From Desulfurococcales archaeon (lineage in GTDB: Archaea > Thermoproteota > Thermoprotei_A > Sulfolobales > Desulfurococcaceae): a stretch of DNA of 64,000 bases. Position 1 is the first letter of the stretch. Every line of letters begins with the position of its first letter. Positions 49,793 to 60,127 of this stretch are shown here, one piece after another. Made by a program: the position numbers and the translations under genes. Below the pieces are notes generated by a model. The model worked only from the letters and a program-made list of their open reading frames with translations. It ran no database searches and was not told where the DNA came from. Location: assembly GCA_027022365.1 (NCBI GenBank), contig JALVYU010000007.1, forward strand, positions 64,001 through 128,000, in the 5' to 3' direction.

Positions 49793-50962
49793 TTACCCTT
49801 TAACATGGATCTCAACAATATCGCCATCTTCCAGTATATGTTCAAGCCCTGTTCTTTCCCCAGGATACTTTGCGGAAGGTCCCCAGATCTTAGCGTACTT
49901 AAAGTTTTTCACGAAGCTCTTATGGATTAGACGGGCAACGTCATATACAGTTGATCCTCTAGGAAGAACGAGAGGCTTATCTGCAACTGGGCCGTTTGGT
50001 TGCTTAGTATACACTCTTATAAGATCAAGCAGTTTGAACAATATTTTACCTAGATCTTCAAATCCTTTTCCAAGCTTTGCTGAGCCTATAATTATCGGTG
50101 TTGAGGGTGTGATCTCGTGAAGCCTATATGCTGCCTCCCTTGCCCTCGCTAGATTGATATCTGCCTTATTGATTATTATTATGCTAGGCTTATACACTCT
50201 GCTCTCGAAGATCGCTTGTTCGACGTCGTCAAGCGATACTTCGCCATATATTTTGACATGAGCACTATATATCCTGTATTCCTCGAGTAGTTTCCGCACA
50301 TCATCTATTGTTCCATCCAATAACCGGCCCATCAGTGTAACTCTTATGCCTGTCTTCCCAAGCCTTTCTTTTTCTATGACGACCCTGCCTCGAGGCTTGT
50401 AGAGGAGTATTCCAGATTCCTCAAACATTCTTCTGAGCTCCAAGTAGTCTTTGACAGGATCACGTGTTACATCCAGCACTATTATGACGGCGTCAGCATT
50501 CCTCACAAGCCCTATGACCCTGTTGTTCCATGGCCCCCCATTGCTCATAATCGGCGGTGTATCGACGAGCTGGAAATATATATCCTTATACTGGAGCATG
50601 CCGGGCACAGGAAACCTTGTTGACATAGGATAATCCGCTATGCGTGTTCTGGCACCAGTAAGTGTTTTGACGAGGAGACTTTTCCCGGTATTTGGCGGGC
50701 CAACAATCACTGCTTGTGCAGCACCTTCCTTTTCGACGAAGAAGCTGATTCCTCTACCGATCTTCTTCCGTCTCCTCTCTTCAATCTCTTCTCGGAGCTC
50801 CGCAAGTCTCCTCGTCGCCCATAGCCTGAGATTAGCTGTTCCCTTGTGTTTAGGCACAGCTGCGAGAAATTCCTCAAGAGCCCTGATCTTCTCCTCGGGG
50901 GTTTTCGCCTCCATAACCTTTATCCATTTAGCTCTTGCCTCTGCAGGGAGATTAGCGGGCAC
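49793..50962 (-). CDS. DRG/OBG-family GTPase with TGS domain
   Basis: PKHKGT, GPPNTGKS, DTPP, NKAD, C-terminal TGS (LEDGDIVEI). Confidence 0.93.
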   Translation of the reverse strand: MPANLPAEARAKWIKVMEAKTPEEKIRALEEFLAAVPKHKGTANLRLWATRRLAELREEIEERRRKKIGRGISFFVEKEGAAQAVIVGPPNTGKSLLVKTLTGARTRIADYPMSTRFPVPGMLQYKDIYFQLVDTPPIMSNGGPWNNRVIGLVRNADAVIIVLDVTRDPVKDYLELRRMFEESGILLYKPRGRVVIEKERLGKTGIRVTLMGRLLDGTIDDVRKLLEEYRIYSAHVKIYGEVSLDDVEQAIFESRVYKPSIIIINKADINLARAREAAYRLHEITPSTPIIIGSAKLGKGFEDLGKILFKLLDLIRVYTKQPNGPVADKPLVLPRGSTVYDVARLIHKSFVKNFKYAKIWGPSAKYPGERTGLEHILEDGDIVEIHVKG

Positions 50963-50986
50963 TCAGATCACCGATTCCCATCCTTA

Positions 50987-51718
50987 TTATTGTCTCGGGA
51001 TAATGTAGTCGAGAATGCTTTTCTGGGCTGTTTTCTCTCTTAGAGGCTTGGCCCGCTTCTTAATAAACCAGGAAGGTGCTAATGAGCTTAGCGTCGTCCA
51101 GGTCCGCCTAACCATTCTAGGTGGCGGACTCTCTTTGTTCTTATATTCTATGACTATCCATTCTCTGGTTTTAGGATCAGATGGGTAGCCGCTGCCAAAA
51201 TCACCTAATAGTCTACGGGCTGGCTTAAGGTTTAAATCTCTAATATATTTGGCAACTATACTTGCGGCCGATACGACGATGTATTTCGAGTCAGCCCTTG
51301 GCTCGACAATTAACTTGGCGTTTGGAGCTATCTCCTTTATCTTTCCGGAAAGGACTTTCTGCCAACCCTTTATTTCATCTATAATAATACTTGTGATCTT
51401 TTTTCCTCCTATGATTAGTGATATGATCTTGAGGAGATAAATTATTCTCTCAAGGAGGAGCTTGTTCAAGTTAAAACTATCTATTTCCTCCGGGGTTATG
51501 TGGCTGGACACTATAATTACACTATTTTCGATTATCGGGAGAAATAACTGAGCCCTTATATGGGGATTAAGCTCCTTGCTGTCCTTAACCCTCAGCTCCT
51601 TGAGTTTTTCAAGAGCTTGGTTTTCAAACACTGCTGCAACGAGGATCATATCTCCTATTATTGGTCCTCTTCCAGCCTCGTCTATTCCCACGATCAGGCC
51701 ATGTATATCTTTGCCCAT
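50987..51718 (-). CDS. rnhB: Ribonuclease HII
   Basis: GIDEAGRGP, DSK, SAASIVAK, GSGYPSDP. Confidence 0.96.
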   Translation of the reverse strand: MGKDIHGLIVGIDEAGRGPIIGDMILVAAVFENQALEKLKELRVKDSKELNPHIRAQLFLPIIENSVIIVSSHITPEEIDSFNLNKLLLERIIYLLKIISLIIGGKKITSIIIDEIKGWQKVLSGKIKEIAPNAKLIVEPRADSKYIVVSAASIVAKYIRDLNLKPARRLLGDFGSGYPSDPKTREWIVIEYKNKESPPPRMVRRTWTTLSSLAPSWFIKKRAKPLREKTAQKSILDYIIPRQ

Positions 51719-52551
51719 GAAATTGCATCACCAATATTCTTAGCAATAGTGTTCAAATTAACCCTCAAATTTTTGCTTCTAAAAACTTCAAATACTATGT
51801 TTTTCGGCCCTAGTTTCGATATTATTTTAAATACTTGTTTAAAGTCAAGAAATCCTTCTCCTATAAGCAGGTGTTCACGGCCGTGTTCGTCAACGTCATG
51901 TACATGTATAACGGGCACACTGATCCCGCTAATGGACTCTACAACATCTTTTAGATAAGTATAGAAGTCGTCATAATATCCTGAAAGATACCTCTTGTAC
52001 CTACTTGCTAGATGACCTATGTCTAGACATAGTCCAGCATGGTCAAGGCCTTCAAGGGTTACGGCTAGATCTCCTGGTTCAGCACCTATTCCTCCAGCTA
52101 GGTTTTCGACAACGATCATTACGTTATGACTACCGAGATTTAGCCTCCGTGTGAGCTCCTTTATGTTTTCTCTGAATCTAGTTAATGCTTCTTTTCGGTT
52201 ATCAGATATGTCAAGACGTTGCATAGTTAGAGGGTGAACAACTATATACGATGCTACCTCGCTGACTAGATCACTAACTGATCTTAATACAACTTCTATC
52301 GATGCTTTACCTATTTCTTCATAAGGTGACGCTAGAATAATATCTCTCCACGGTGCATGGAGATTAATATGCATGTTATTTTGTTTTGCCAGCGCAATCA
52401 TCTTCTGTAGCTTGCACGATTCTTTGAATGGCCACGGATAATCAATAGAAAGTTCTATCATGTTAACTCCATGCGCTAGGAGACTGTTGAGACCACTAAC
52501 TAGATCCTCGCTTATGTTGCCTAACCAGATAGGTACACCGACGTCGATCAA
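51694..52551 (-). CDS. Sugar phosphate isomerase/epimerase (xylose-isomerase-like TIM barrel)
   Basis: LHAP, VVHP, VENL, LDIGH, IHVHD, H...G.G.LDF, FEV. Confidence 0.85.
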   Translation of the reverse strand: MIDVGVPIWLGNISEDLVSGLNSLLAHGVNMIELSIDYPWPFKESCKLQKMIALAKQNNMHINLHAPWRDIILASPYEEIGKASIEVVLRSVSDLVSEVASYIVVHPLTMQRLDISDNRKEALTRFRENIKELTRRLNLGSHNVMIVVENLAGGIGAEPGDLAVTLEGLDHAGLCLDIGHLASRYKRYLSGYYDDFYTYLKDVVESISGISVPVIHVHDVDEHGREHLLIGEGFLDFKQVFKIISKLGPKNIVFEVFRSKNLRVNLNTIAKNIGDAISWAKIYMA

Positions 52552-52559
52552 CGGTTTTA

Positions 52560-52898
52560 TTACACCACCCTTTGTATTTTGTTCTTCTTAGCTATACGTA
52601 GTATATATTCAATAGGCTTAGAATTACCAATAACGATTATTCTGTCAGGTCTATTCAATACAAAGAGTTTCAGAGCATTTTCTTCAGGGAAATTCTCGTT
52701 GAACACATAATACCTTATTTTGGGAGCTACTTTCCTTAAAGCTCCGACCATTCTGCCTACACTCGATGCATTGATTCGATCCGTTATCACTATTATTTCG
52801 GAATTTTTATGTGACAGTATTACTCTCTTCAACTCATCATTAACGTTCTTCCCACCTATCAATACCATTATTATCTTTCCGTTCATACATATCATCAC
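52560..52898 (-). CDS. Hypothetical alpha/beta protein
   Basis: Co-oriented ORF at the head of the rnhB operon. Confidence 0.6.
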   Translation of the reverse strand: MMICMNGKIIMVLIGGKNVNDELKRVILSHKNSEIIVITDRINASSVGRMVGALRKVAPKIRYYVFNENFPEENALKLFVLNRPDRIIVIGNSKPIEYILRIAKKNKIQRVV

Positions 52899-53006
52899 TC
52901 AATCGATTTTCCTGAACAACATTATATTTAAAGGAACGTTATAGGGGATAGAAGTAATCTTTAATAAAACTCATTCTACCGAAGAAACAATTAAGGGGGG
53001 AGAGCG

Positions 53007-53387
53007 ATGATAGACGAGCTCATAAAATTCCTAAAAGATAAGGACTTAGAGGTAAAGAAGCAGAAAGGAACTATCAGGGCTACCCATCAATCACTACCTG
53101 TAACATTAGTTATAACGCTACGTGAGAAAAACAGGACTGCAAAGATATCGATCGAACCTGGCGATGACCTATCAGACGTTCTTGCTGATCTTATTGAAAG
53201 CGGTGAAGATGTAGAAATACTTGTAGACGATGTTTTGAGCGAGATCAGGGACATAGCAATCGAGGCAGGACAGCTACTGGAAAAGATGGGATATAAGGTT
53301 GAATGGGCGCTAAGAGAAGGCGAGAATGATGTGAGAGATGCTCTTGAAGATGTGCTTGAAGAATATGAGTTCGAAGAGGAAGAATAG
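53007..53387 (+). CDS. Hypothetical acidic protein
   Basis: G-rich RBS, strongly acidic composition. Confidence 0.7.
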   Translation: MIDELIKFLKDKDLEVKKQKGTIRATHQSLPVTLVITLREKNRTAKISIEPGDDLSDVLADLIESGEDVEILVDDVLSEIRDIAIEAGQLLEKMGYKVEWALREGENDVRDALEDVLEEYEFEEEE

Positions 53388-53527
53388 ATGTAGATAGTGT
53401 TTTTAAGACTAGTATGTTTTCGCAGTTCAAAATATCCTATACTGTGAGTCATGTTTTTATTGGTAAATACTATGATATACGACCTTGGTAGTAGCGATTC
53501 TTGTTTAAAACACTTACTAAGGGGTGA

Positions 53528-54907
53528 ATGATCATGGGAAAGCTTTTCGGAACAGATGGAGTACGTGGAATAGTTAACAAAGACATGACGCCAGAACTAG
53601 CCCTTAGACTAGGACGTGCTATAGGGACGTTCTTTGGTCCTGGGAAAAAGCTCCTTGTCGGCAGGGACATTAGGGTAGGCGGGGAAATGATAAAGGCTGC
53701 TGTGATCTCTGGCCTTCTAAGCACTGGTGTCCATGTATACGATGCTGGCTTAGCGCCCACGCCTGCCATACAATATGTTGTCAAAAAGAGAGGATTCGAC
53801 GGTGGAGTAATAATAACGGCAAGTCATAACCCACCAGAATACAATGGTATAAAAGTGATCTGGCATGACGGAATAGAGCTTCCACGAGATAAGGAGAAAG
53901 AGGTTGAAGAAATATATTTTGAGGGAAGATTCAATAGTGTCTCATGGCGGGAAGTGCCCCGCGAAGTAAAGATATTCCCGTATGTCAACGACATATATGT
54001 TGATGCGGTCGTCAAACATGTAGATGCGGAGCTAATAAGGAAAAGAGGCTTCACAATAGTTATTGACCCCGCAAACAGTGTCGGAGCACTAACATCTTCT
54101 AGAATAGCCCAGAAGCTAGGTGTGAAGGTAATCACAATTAATGGGGATCTCAACCCATTATTCCCCGGGAGAAAACCCGAGCCTACACCAGAAAATCTTG
54201 AATCAACCGCTAAAGCGGTAGCATCTATGGGTGTGGATTTCGGTCTTGCTCATGATGGTGATGCCGATAGAGCAATAGTTATCGACGATAAGGGCAGGGT
54301 CCAATGGGGCGACAGAACGGCAATTCTACTAGCTAGATACCTGCTCGAGAAACACCCCGACTTTCCAAGGAAAGTATATACGGCAGTGTCTTCAAGTACG
54401 TTGATCGAGAATGTTCTGAGACCCTATGGCGTAGAAGTCGTGTGGCTAAAGGTAGGCGCCATAGACATTGCCAGAGAAATGCAGAGACGTGGCGACGCGC
54501 TTTGTGGATTCGAGGAGAACGGCGGATTCATGTATCCGCCGCACCAGCTTGTAAGAGATGGTGGAATGACGCTGGCTCTGCTTCTCGAAATGCTAGCCAA
54601 GGATAAGAGAAGGATATCAGAGCTATACGACGAGCTACCACAGTGGCACTTGATAAAGACAAAGATACATATGGATAGACAAACAGCGCTAAAAGTCGTG
54701 GAGAGGGTGAAAGAGCATTTTAAGAACTATAGGCTCATAACGATCGATGGAGTCAAGGTAATTGCGGATGATTTCTGGCTATTAGTAAGACCGAGCGGGA
54801 CGGAGCCTTTGCTGAGAATAATGCTTGAAGCAAAGAATAAAGAGTTAGCTGAAGAACTACTAGAAACGGTTAAATCATTGATCGGTGAGGTGCTTGGAAA
54901 ACAATGA
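53528..54907 (+). CDS. Phosphohexomutase (phosphoglucosamine mutase / PMM-PGM)
   Basis: LFGTDGVRG, TASHNP, DGDADR, FEENGG, RPSGTEP. Confidence 0.95.
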   Translation: MIMGKLFGTDGVRGIVNKDMTPELALRLGRAIGTFFGPGKKLLVGRDIRVGGEMIKAAVISGLLSTGVHVYDAGLAPTPAIQYVVKKRGFDGGVIITASHNPPEYNGIKVIWHDGIELPRDKEKEVEEIYFEGRFNSVSWREVPREVKIFPYVNDIYVDAVVKHVDAELIRKRGFTIVIDPANSVGALTSSRIAQKLGVKVITINGDLNPLFPGRKPEPTPENLESTAKAVASMGVDFGLAHDGDADRAIVIDDKGRVQWGDRTAILLARYLLEKHPDFPRKVYTAVSSSTLIENVLRPYGVEVVWLKVGAIDIAREMQRRGDALCGFEENGGFMYPPHQLVRDGGMTLALLLEMLAKDKRRISELYDELPQWHLIKTKIHMDRQTALKVVERVKEHFKNYRLITIDGVKVIADDFWLLVRPSGTEPLLRIMLEAKNKELAEELLETVKSLIGEVLGKQ

Positions 54908-55329
54908 TGCGCTACTGGGCGCTAGACCTTATACGGTGCCTTGGCTGTAAACACTATCCTTTGGAAATAATTGTTTTCGAGAAAGAAATTCAAGAGAATA
55001 TTGATACTTCCGATATTGAGAAACCTCTCTGTAAGAACTACTGTGCATATAAGAGACAACCAGTAAAACCGGGCATGGAATACCCTTGTGATGAATGCTT
55101 GAAAATAGGGATAAAGACCGGCATTATCTATTGTCCAAAATGCCTTAGATGGTACCCCATACGTGATGGCATACTCATAATGTTGCCTGATAGGAAGAGA
55201 AAGAAAGCATCTGATATCGAGTTCCTACGTGCATATGCTGACAAGATACCGAAATATATTCTCCGAGAAGGAAAACCGTATAATCTATTATCCGAGACAA
55301 GTGTTGCCTCGGATGAAGGAACCCAATAA
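54904..55329 (+). CDS. Trm112-family methyltransferase activator with Cys-rich insertion
   Basis: LDLIRCLGCKHYPL...CPKCLRWYPIRDGILIML. Confidence 0.85.
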   Translation: MMRYWALDLIRCLGCKHYPLEIIVFEKEIQENIDTSDIEKPLCKNYCAYKRQPVKPGMEYPCDECLKIGIKTGIIYCPKCLRWYPIRDGILIMLPDRKRKKASDIEFLRAYADKIPKYILREGKPYNLLSETSVASDEGTQ

Positions 55330-55376
55330 TTCTTTTAAAGTATACAGAATAAGAAATCTATTATCAAAAATCGTTC

Positions 55377-55781
55377 GTGGTGCAAATAATGAGTGTGCCT
55401 TTCCAAAATCTTGAGGCATGGGTTAAGAGGCAGAAGGAGATCATTGAGAGCTTCAAAAAAGCTGAGCAAGGATATGAGGAAGCGGATAGACTTGAGCTAA
55501 TAATAATGACGAGACAAGCCTTTCAACACATGATGAGAACGGTTCAGGCATTCGATCAGTGGTTACAGGAGCCGATGGTTATCAGTCATATGCCTCGTGA
55601 AATGCTTGTGGAACTATGGAGTACTCTGAGGAATATATTCTATGGTCTCTTGGAACTAGATGTTAAACATACATCTGAATTTGCGGAACATATCAAAAGA
55701 TTGTCTGAGGAAGGAAAGCTCAACCCGATATTGACGATCGGGAAGTCGGAGGAAAGGAGATTCTATCCGACATCGATATAG
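55377..55781 (+). CDS. DUF2153-like conserved crenarchaeal protein
   Basis: ADRLELI..TR.AFQHMMRT..AFDQWLQEP.V..HMPREML. Confidence 0.75.
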   Translation: MVQIMSVPFQNLEAWVKRQKEIIESFKKAEQGYEEADRLELIIMTRQAFQHMMRTVQAFDQWLQEPMVISHMPREMLVELWSTLRNIFYGLLELDVKHTSEFAEHIKRLSEEGKLNPILTIGKSEERRFYPTSI

Positions 55782-55870
55782 CCGTTGTTGATTAAAACAA
55801 GATTTATTAGAAATATGCAGGAAAGGGTATGCTGATAGACTAATAATGATTATTTAACACAGTTCTAGCG

Positions 55871-56347
55871 TTAGAAAAGCCTCCTCCTTCTCCTACGAGG
55901 CCTAGACATTAACTCTACTTCGGCATCTATTGGAGCTATCTTGACTCGAAGCTCTTCAACGAGTTTTCTAATTTGGTCTTTTTCATCATCATTTATGTAT
56001 TTGCTTCCCTCTTTCTCTAAGAATTCCTTACCTAGACTTGTTACTACTAGTTTTCTTCTGGGATTTGTCTCTAGGAGGCCTACGTATCTCAGCGCCAAGG
56101 TATCGTTTAGAATTTCTTTGCTTGATGGTACTGTTCCAAGCATCACGAACTTGTATCCTAGATCATAGCCTTCCTCTTTCATGTAGTAGAGAAGATACTG
56201 GAGAGCTTTTTCGCTTATTCCGCCAGTGACGCTTATTATGTATAGGAGCTTCACTTTTCTCGGGTCTTTCTTTATATCATCAATCGTTATCACGTGTCGT
56301 GTAATTATCTTGAGTTCTTTAGATTTTGAGGGTTTTGACATCTTCAC
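55871..56347 (-). CDS. Winged-helix protein of unknown function
   Basis: GGISEKAL...VGLLE...VVTSLGKEFL wHTH signature; Arg-rich tail. Confidence 0.7.
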   Translation of the reverse strand: MKMSKPSKSKELKIITRHVITIDDIKKDPRKVKLLYIISVTGGISEKALQYLLYYMKEEGYDLGYKFVMLGTVPSSKEILNDTLALRYVGLLETNPRRKLVVTSLGKEFLEKEGSKYINDDEKDQIRKLVEELRVKIAPIDAEVELMSRPRRRRRRLF

Positions 56348-56416
56348 ACCCCATAAGCAAATCGCTTAGTCTTGTTTTAGTGATTAACCGGATTCTATAA
56401 AGATATTGTTCAAGGT

Positions 56417-57358
56417 TTAAATAATCCCTTTCGAAAGATTTTTTGCTTTGCTTATGAGGCGATTATATAGCTCGTTAATAACATCATCGCGTTTCTTCCC
56501 GTTCATAACCATAACATTAATCTTGTACATCAGGAGTTCTTTCCCCTTATCACCATAGAGTTTGGTAAAGTACTTGATTAGCTCTTCTAACTTGGATTTA
56601 AGCTCGGGCGACTCTTCACTCATAGTTATCTCCTCATGGATTTCCGTTGCTTCCTTTATGATATTCTTTATTCTTGCTCTGTTATATTCGGAGGATGAAG
56701 TCCTTATAATATTATAATATGAGAGGCTCACTGCTAGTAGGAGGAAATATATTATGCTTGAGTATATGGTCTGGCTCGATTCATTTAATGGGTATAGTAA
56801 GTCTAACCATACACCTATGAGCCCCCCTAGTATTAGGGAATAATATGCGAGTTTTAACCGGATAAATGAGAGTATAAATGTAGATGAGGCTAAAGCTGCG
56901 AGGAAAACAACGGGTAGAAATTCTCGACTCAACACTAACCTAGACAAGGCATCTGCTGCAAATATGAATACACCGGTATAAATTGGTGTGAGAAGACCGA
57001 TCATTGTCTTTAGTCTTTCCTTCTTGGTAACGGATTTATATTCGACGAGTAACCGCTTAATATCAGTCAAAAGAGAGAGTATTTCATCTACACCGAGGCT
57101 TTCTGACTTGACGATATATATTGTATTATTTATTTTTGCCAGAGTCCTAACTAAAACATCTATATACGGCCTAGTTATAACGAGCGGAGGACGTAGAAGT
57201 ACGAGTTCCTTATGGATTTTGAGAAGCTCATTTTTTGAGGCTCTCAATGAAGGGCTCCGAGAAATAAAGTCGTCAAGTAGTTTCAAGAGTTCTCTAGATT
57301 TATCTATCAGGAGTCTATGTATATACTCTAGATCGTCTGCCAGTCTCAATAATAACAC
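56417..57358 (-). CDS. Hypothetical membrane protein
   Basis: Central block of about four TM helices between soluble helical regions. Confidence 0.7.
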   Translation of the reverse strand: MLLLRLADDLEYIHRLLIDKSRELLKLLDDFISRSPSLRASKNELLKIHKELVLLRPPLVITRPYIDVLVRTLAKINNTIYIVKSESLGVDEILSLLTDIKRLLVEYKSVTKKERLKTMIGLLTPIYTGVFIFAADALSRLVLSREFLPVVFLAALASSTFILSFIRLKLAYYSLILGGLIGVWLDLLYPLNESSQTIYSSIIYFLLLAVSLSYYNIIRTSSSEYNRARIKNIIKEATEIHEEITMSEESPELKSKLEELIKYFTKLYGDKGKELLMYKINVMVMNGKKRDDVINELYNRLISKAKNLSKGII

Positions 57359-57432
57359 CTGTTGTTAATCAAGTAGTTATTCTGTAGAAATAAGCAATGA
57401 TATTTATTTCTGGCTAACAGACATGCTAAACT

Positions 57433-57510
57433 ACGGATGATGTTGAGAGTTTTTGGGTCCGAGGCCTTAGGGGCTGGGGCCTATGAGGTATTCAGCGGCG
57501 ACTGACACTC
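57433..57510 (+). ncRNA. Box C/D guide sRNA candidate with hairpin between D' and C'
   Basis: ATGATGT(C)...CCGA(D')-GGCCTTAG-GGG-CTGGGGCC hairpin-ATGAGG(C')-TATTCAGCGGCGA-CTGA(D). Confidence 0.65.
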
Positions 57511-57584
57511 AAATACATAGATTAGCTTCTCATAGATGAACCTCTTAAACCTCGATTGTTTTAGGATATATAGGGGGCGGGACA

Positions 57585-58934
57585 ATGTCGATCGAGATTA
57601 GAGTCGAGAGGCCGAAGAGAATAGGTGCTCATAGCCATATTAGGGGCCTTGGTCTAGATGAGAATGGTAAAGCGATCAAGGTTGCAGATGGGCTTGTCGG
57701 GCAGCTGAAAGCGAGAGAGGCTGCTGGAATAGTTGTAAAGATGATAAAAGAGGGCCGGATTGCTGGCCGAGGAATACTGTTCGTCGGCCCGCCCGGTACC
57801 GGTAAAACGGCCCTAGCTATAGCCATTGCTAGGGAGCTCGGTGAAGATACGCCATTTGTAGCTATGAGCGGATCGGAGATCTATAGTAGTGAGAAGAAGA
57901 AAACAGAGATTCTCATGGAGGCCTTGAGAAGAGCTATTGGTGTACGTGTTAGAGAAGAAAGGACGGTCTACGAGGGAGTTGTGGCATCAATAAAGGTTCG
58001 AAGGAGGAGGCACCCCCTCGTTCCCTACATGGCTATACCAGCAGAAACCAAGATCACTTTACGCACGAAAGACGAAGAACTCACACTCACTGTTGGCGAA
58101 GAAATAACAAGGCAGATCCTCGAGCTCGGTATCAAGAAAGGAGACCTTATATGGATAGACGCCGAAACAGGTAGAGTCTATCGAGTTGGCCGGGTGAAGG
58201 GAATAGAATCAGCCAGGTACTATGATATAGAGACATACAAGTACGTCGAGATGCCGAGCGGCCCAGTTAAGAAAAGAAAAGAAATAGTGCGAACCTTTAG
58301 CATACATGACCTGGATCTGGCAGTAGCCTCCCAGAGAGCACTAATAAGCTTCTTCACTCTAGGGGTTGAAAGAGAAATACCGCCCGAAGTTAGGAAAGAA
58401 GTAGATGAAATGATAAAGAAATGGGTCGACGAGAAAAAAGCAGAACTAGTTCCCGGAGTACTATTCATAGACGATGCACACATGCTCGATATTGAGGCAT
58501 TCAGTTTTCTCTCAAGGGCAATGGAGAACGAGTTCTCACCAATAATAATCCTAGCTACGAACAGGGGAATAGCAAAGATCAGGGGTACCGATCTAGAGTC
58601 GCCGCATGGAATGCCGCTTGATCTATTAGATAGGTTATTAATTATTCCGACAAAGCCCTACGAACCCGATGAAATAAGGGAAATCATAAAGATAAGAGCT
58701 AGTGAAGAAGGCATAAAGCTCGATGAAGGGGCGCTGGAAGAACTTGTCGCTGTTGGGAGTAAAACCAGCTTAAGATATGCCGTGCAGCTCCTTGAACCAG
58801 CGCGAATAATCGCTGAACGTAAAGGAAGAGACACCGTGAAGGCCGAAGATGTCATAGAGGCCAGAGAACTCTTCATAGACCTGAAGCAGAGCGTGAAGTA
58901 TCTGAAGGAATACGAAGAGAAGTTTCTAAAGTAA
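57585..58934 (+). CDS. RuvB-like AAA+ ATPase (TIP49/Rvb)
   Basis: [54 protein letters not shown]. Confidence 0.96.
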   Translation: MSIEIRVERPKRIGAHSHIRGLGLDENGKAIKVADGLVGQLKAREAAGIVVKMIKEGRIAGRGILFVGPPGTGKTALAIAIARELGEDTPFVAMSGSEIYSSEKKKTEILMEALRRAIGVRVREERTVYEGVVASIKVRRRRHPLVPYMAIPAETKITLRTKDEELTLTVGEEITRQILELGIKKGDLIWIDAETGRVYRVGRVKGIESARYYDIETYKYVEMPSGPVKKRKEIVRTFSIHDLDLAVASQRALISFFTLGVEREIPPEVRKEVDEMIKKWVDEKKAELVPGVLFIDDAHMLDIEAFSFLSRAMENEFSPIIILATNRGIAKIRGTDLESPHGMPLDLLDRLLIIPTKPYEPDEIREIIKIRASEEGIKLDEGALEELVAVGSKTSLRYAVQLLEPARIIAERKGRDTVKAEDVIEARELFIDLKQSVKYLKEYEEKFLK

Positions 58935-58951
58935 GGAATATCCCTACAAAT

Positions 58952-60127
58952 ATGAATATAAGGCGGCCGTTATTGAGAGAAACAGAGATCATTCGAAAGC
59001 TATTGGAAATATACAATAAAACGCCAAAACATGATGATGGATACATACTCGGCTCAATGACCACTAAACCCGATAATATCGCTGTCTACGCATACAATCT
59101 TTTTATCCATACAAATGCTGGAGACACAAAAATCTTTCCTGCAATAGAGTACTTCAGCAAAGAAATCATAGATTTTATGTCTAGATTATACGGTAGATGC
59201 GCAGGCTTTGTTACAAGCGGTGGAACCGAATCGAATATAATAGCTCTCTACGTAGCGCGTGAGAAGACTAGAAGAAAAATCGTAGTAGCACCGGAAACCG
59301 CTCATCATTCTGTTATTTGGGCAGCTCATCTACTGGGTATGGAGATAAATAGTGTACCGGTCAACGATAACCATGTAGCAGATGCAATGCTGATCAATAG
59401 AATAGTGAAGAGTAAAAAAGATAAGATAGCGGCGATAGTATTAACGGCGGGAACGACTGAATGGGGAACAATTGATCCAATCGAAGAAGTTGCCAATATA
59501 GCACATAGGTACGGTATATACATGCATATTGACGCGGCTTACGGCGGGTTGTTTGTTCCTCTCCTTTATAAGAAGGGTTATATCAAAACTAATCTCAAGT
59601 TCTTCGATGGAGTTTCGAGTATATCTGTCGATTTCCATAAAAATGGGCTTTCCCCAATTCCTTCGGGTCTTATACTGTTTAAAGATGAAGAGCTATTGTC
59701 CTATGCTAGAAGAGAACTACCTTATACTCTCGGTAAATACCAGTATGGTCTTCTAGGCACGCGTCCAGGAGGCTCGGTAGCTGCAGTATGGGCTGTGATC
59801 AAGAAGCATGGTTTAGAAGGATATACCAATATTGCCAAGAGATGCCTCGATAACGCACTATACCTGTACGAAAAACTATCAAGAATCAACGATGTCATCG
59901 TATGGAAGCCCGTCCTACCCATAGTTGTGTTTAAACACAAAACCATTGAGTCGGAGGACTTACTTAACAATCTTCTAGTACACGGCTATTACATCTACAG
60001 GGCTCCCAGCATTGATGGGCTCAGAATAGTTGTTATGCCGCATGTTACCAGGGAACATATTGATAGATTCACCGAGGCCTTCATGAAGATCTTAAAAGAG
60101 AAAGCTGAGCAGGATAATAAGGGTTAG
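58952..60127 (+). CDS. mfnA: PLP-dependent L-tyrosine/L-aspartate decarboxylase (MfnA family)
   Basis: ILGSMTT, TSGGTESN, GTTEWGTIDP, HIDAAYGG, DFHK, GTRPG. Confidence 0.85.
   Translation: MNIRRPLLRETEIIRKLLEIYNKTPKHDDGYILGSMTTKPDNIAVYAYNLFIHTNAGDTKIFPAIEYFSKEIIDFMSRLYGRCAGFVTSGGTESNIIALYVAREKTRRKIVVAPETAHHSVIWAAHLLGMEINSVPVNDNHVADAMLINRIVKSKKDKIAAIVLTAGTTEWGTIDPIEEVANIAHRYGIYMHIDAAYGGLFVPLLYKKGYIKTNLKFFDGVSSISVDFHKNGLSPIPSGLILFKDEELLSYARRELPYTLGKYQYGLLGTRPGGSVAAVWAVIKKHGLEGYTNIAKRCLDNALYLYEKLSRINDVIVWKPVLPIVVFKHKTIESEDLLNNLLVHGYYIYRAPSIDGLRIVVMPHVTREHIDRFTEAFMKILKEKAEQDNKG

Noticed and set aside
58460-58490. Walker B DDAH instead of DEVH in the Rvb ATPase
   Set aside because: As far as I recall this is a common crenarchaeal variant; no evidence of inactivation.
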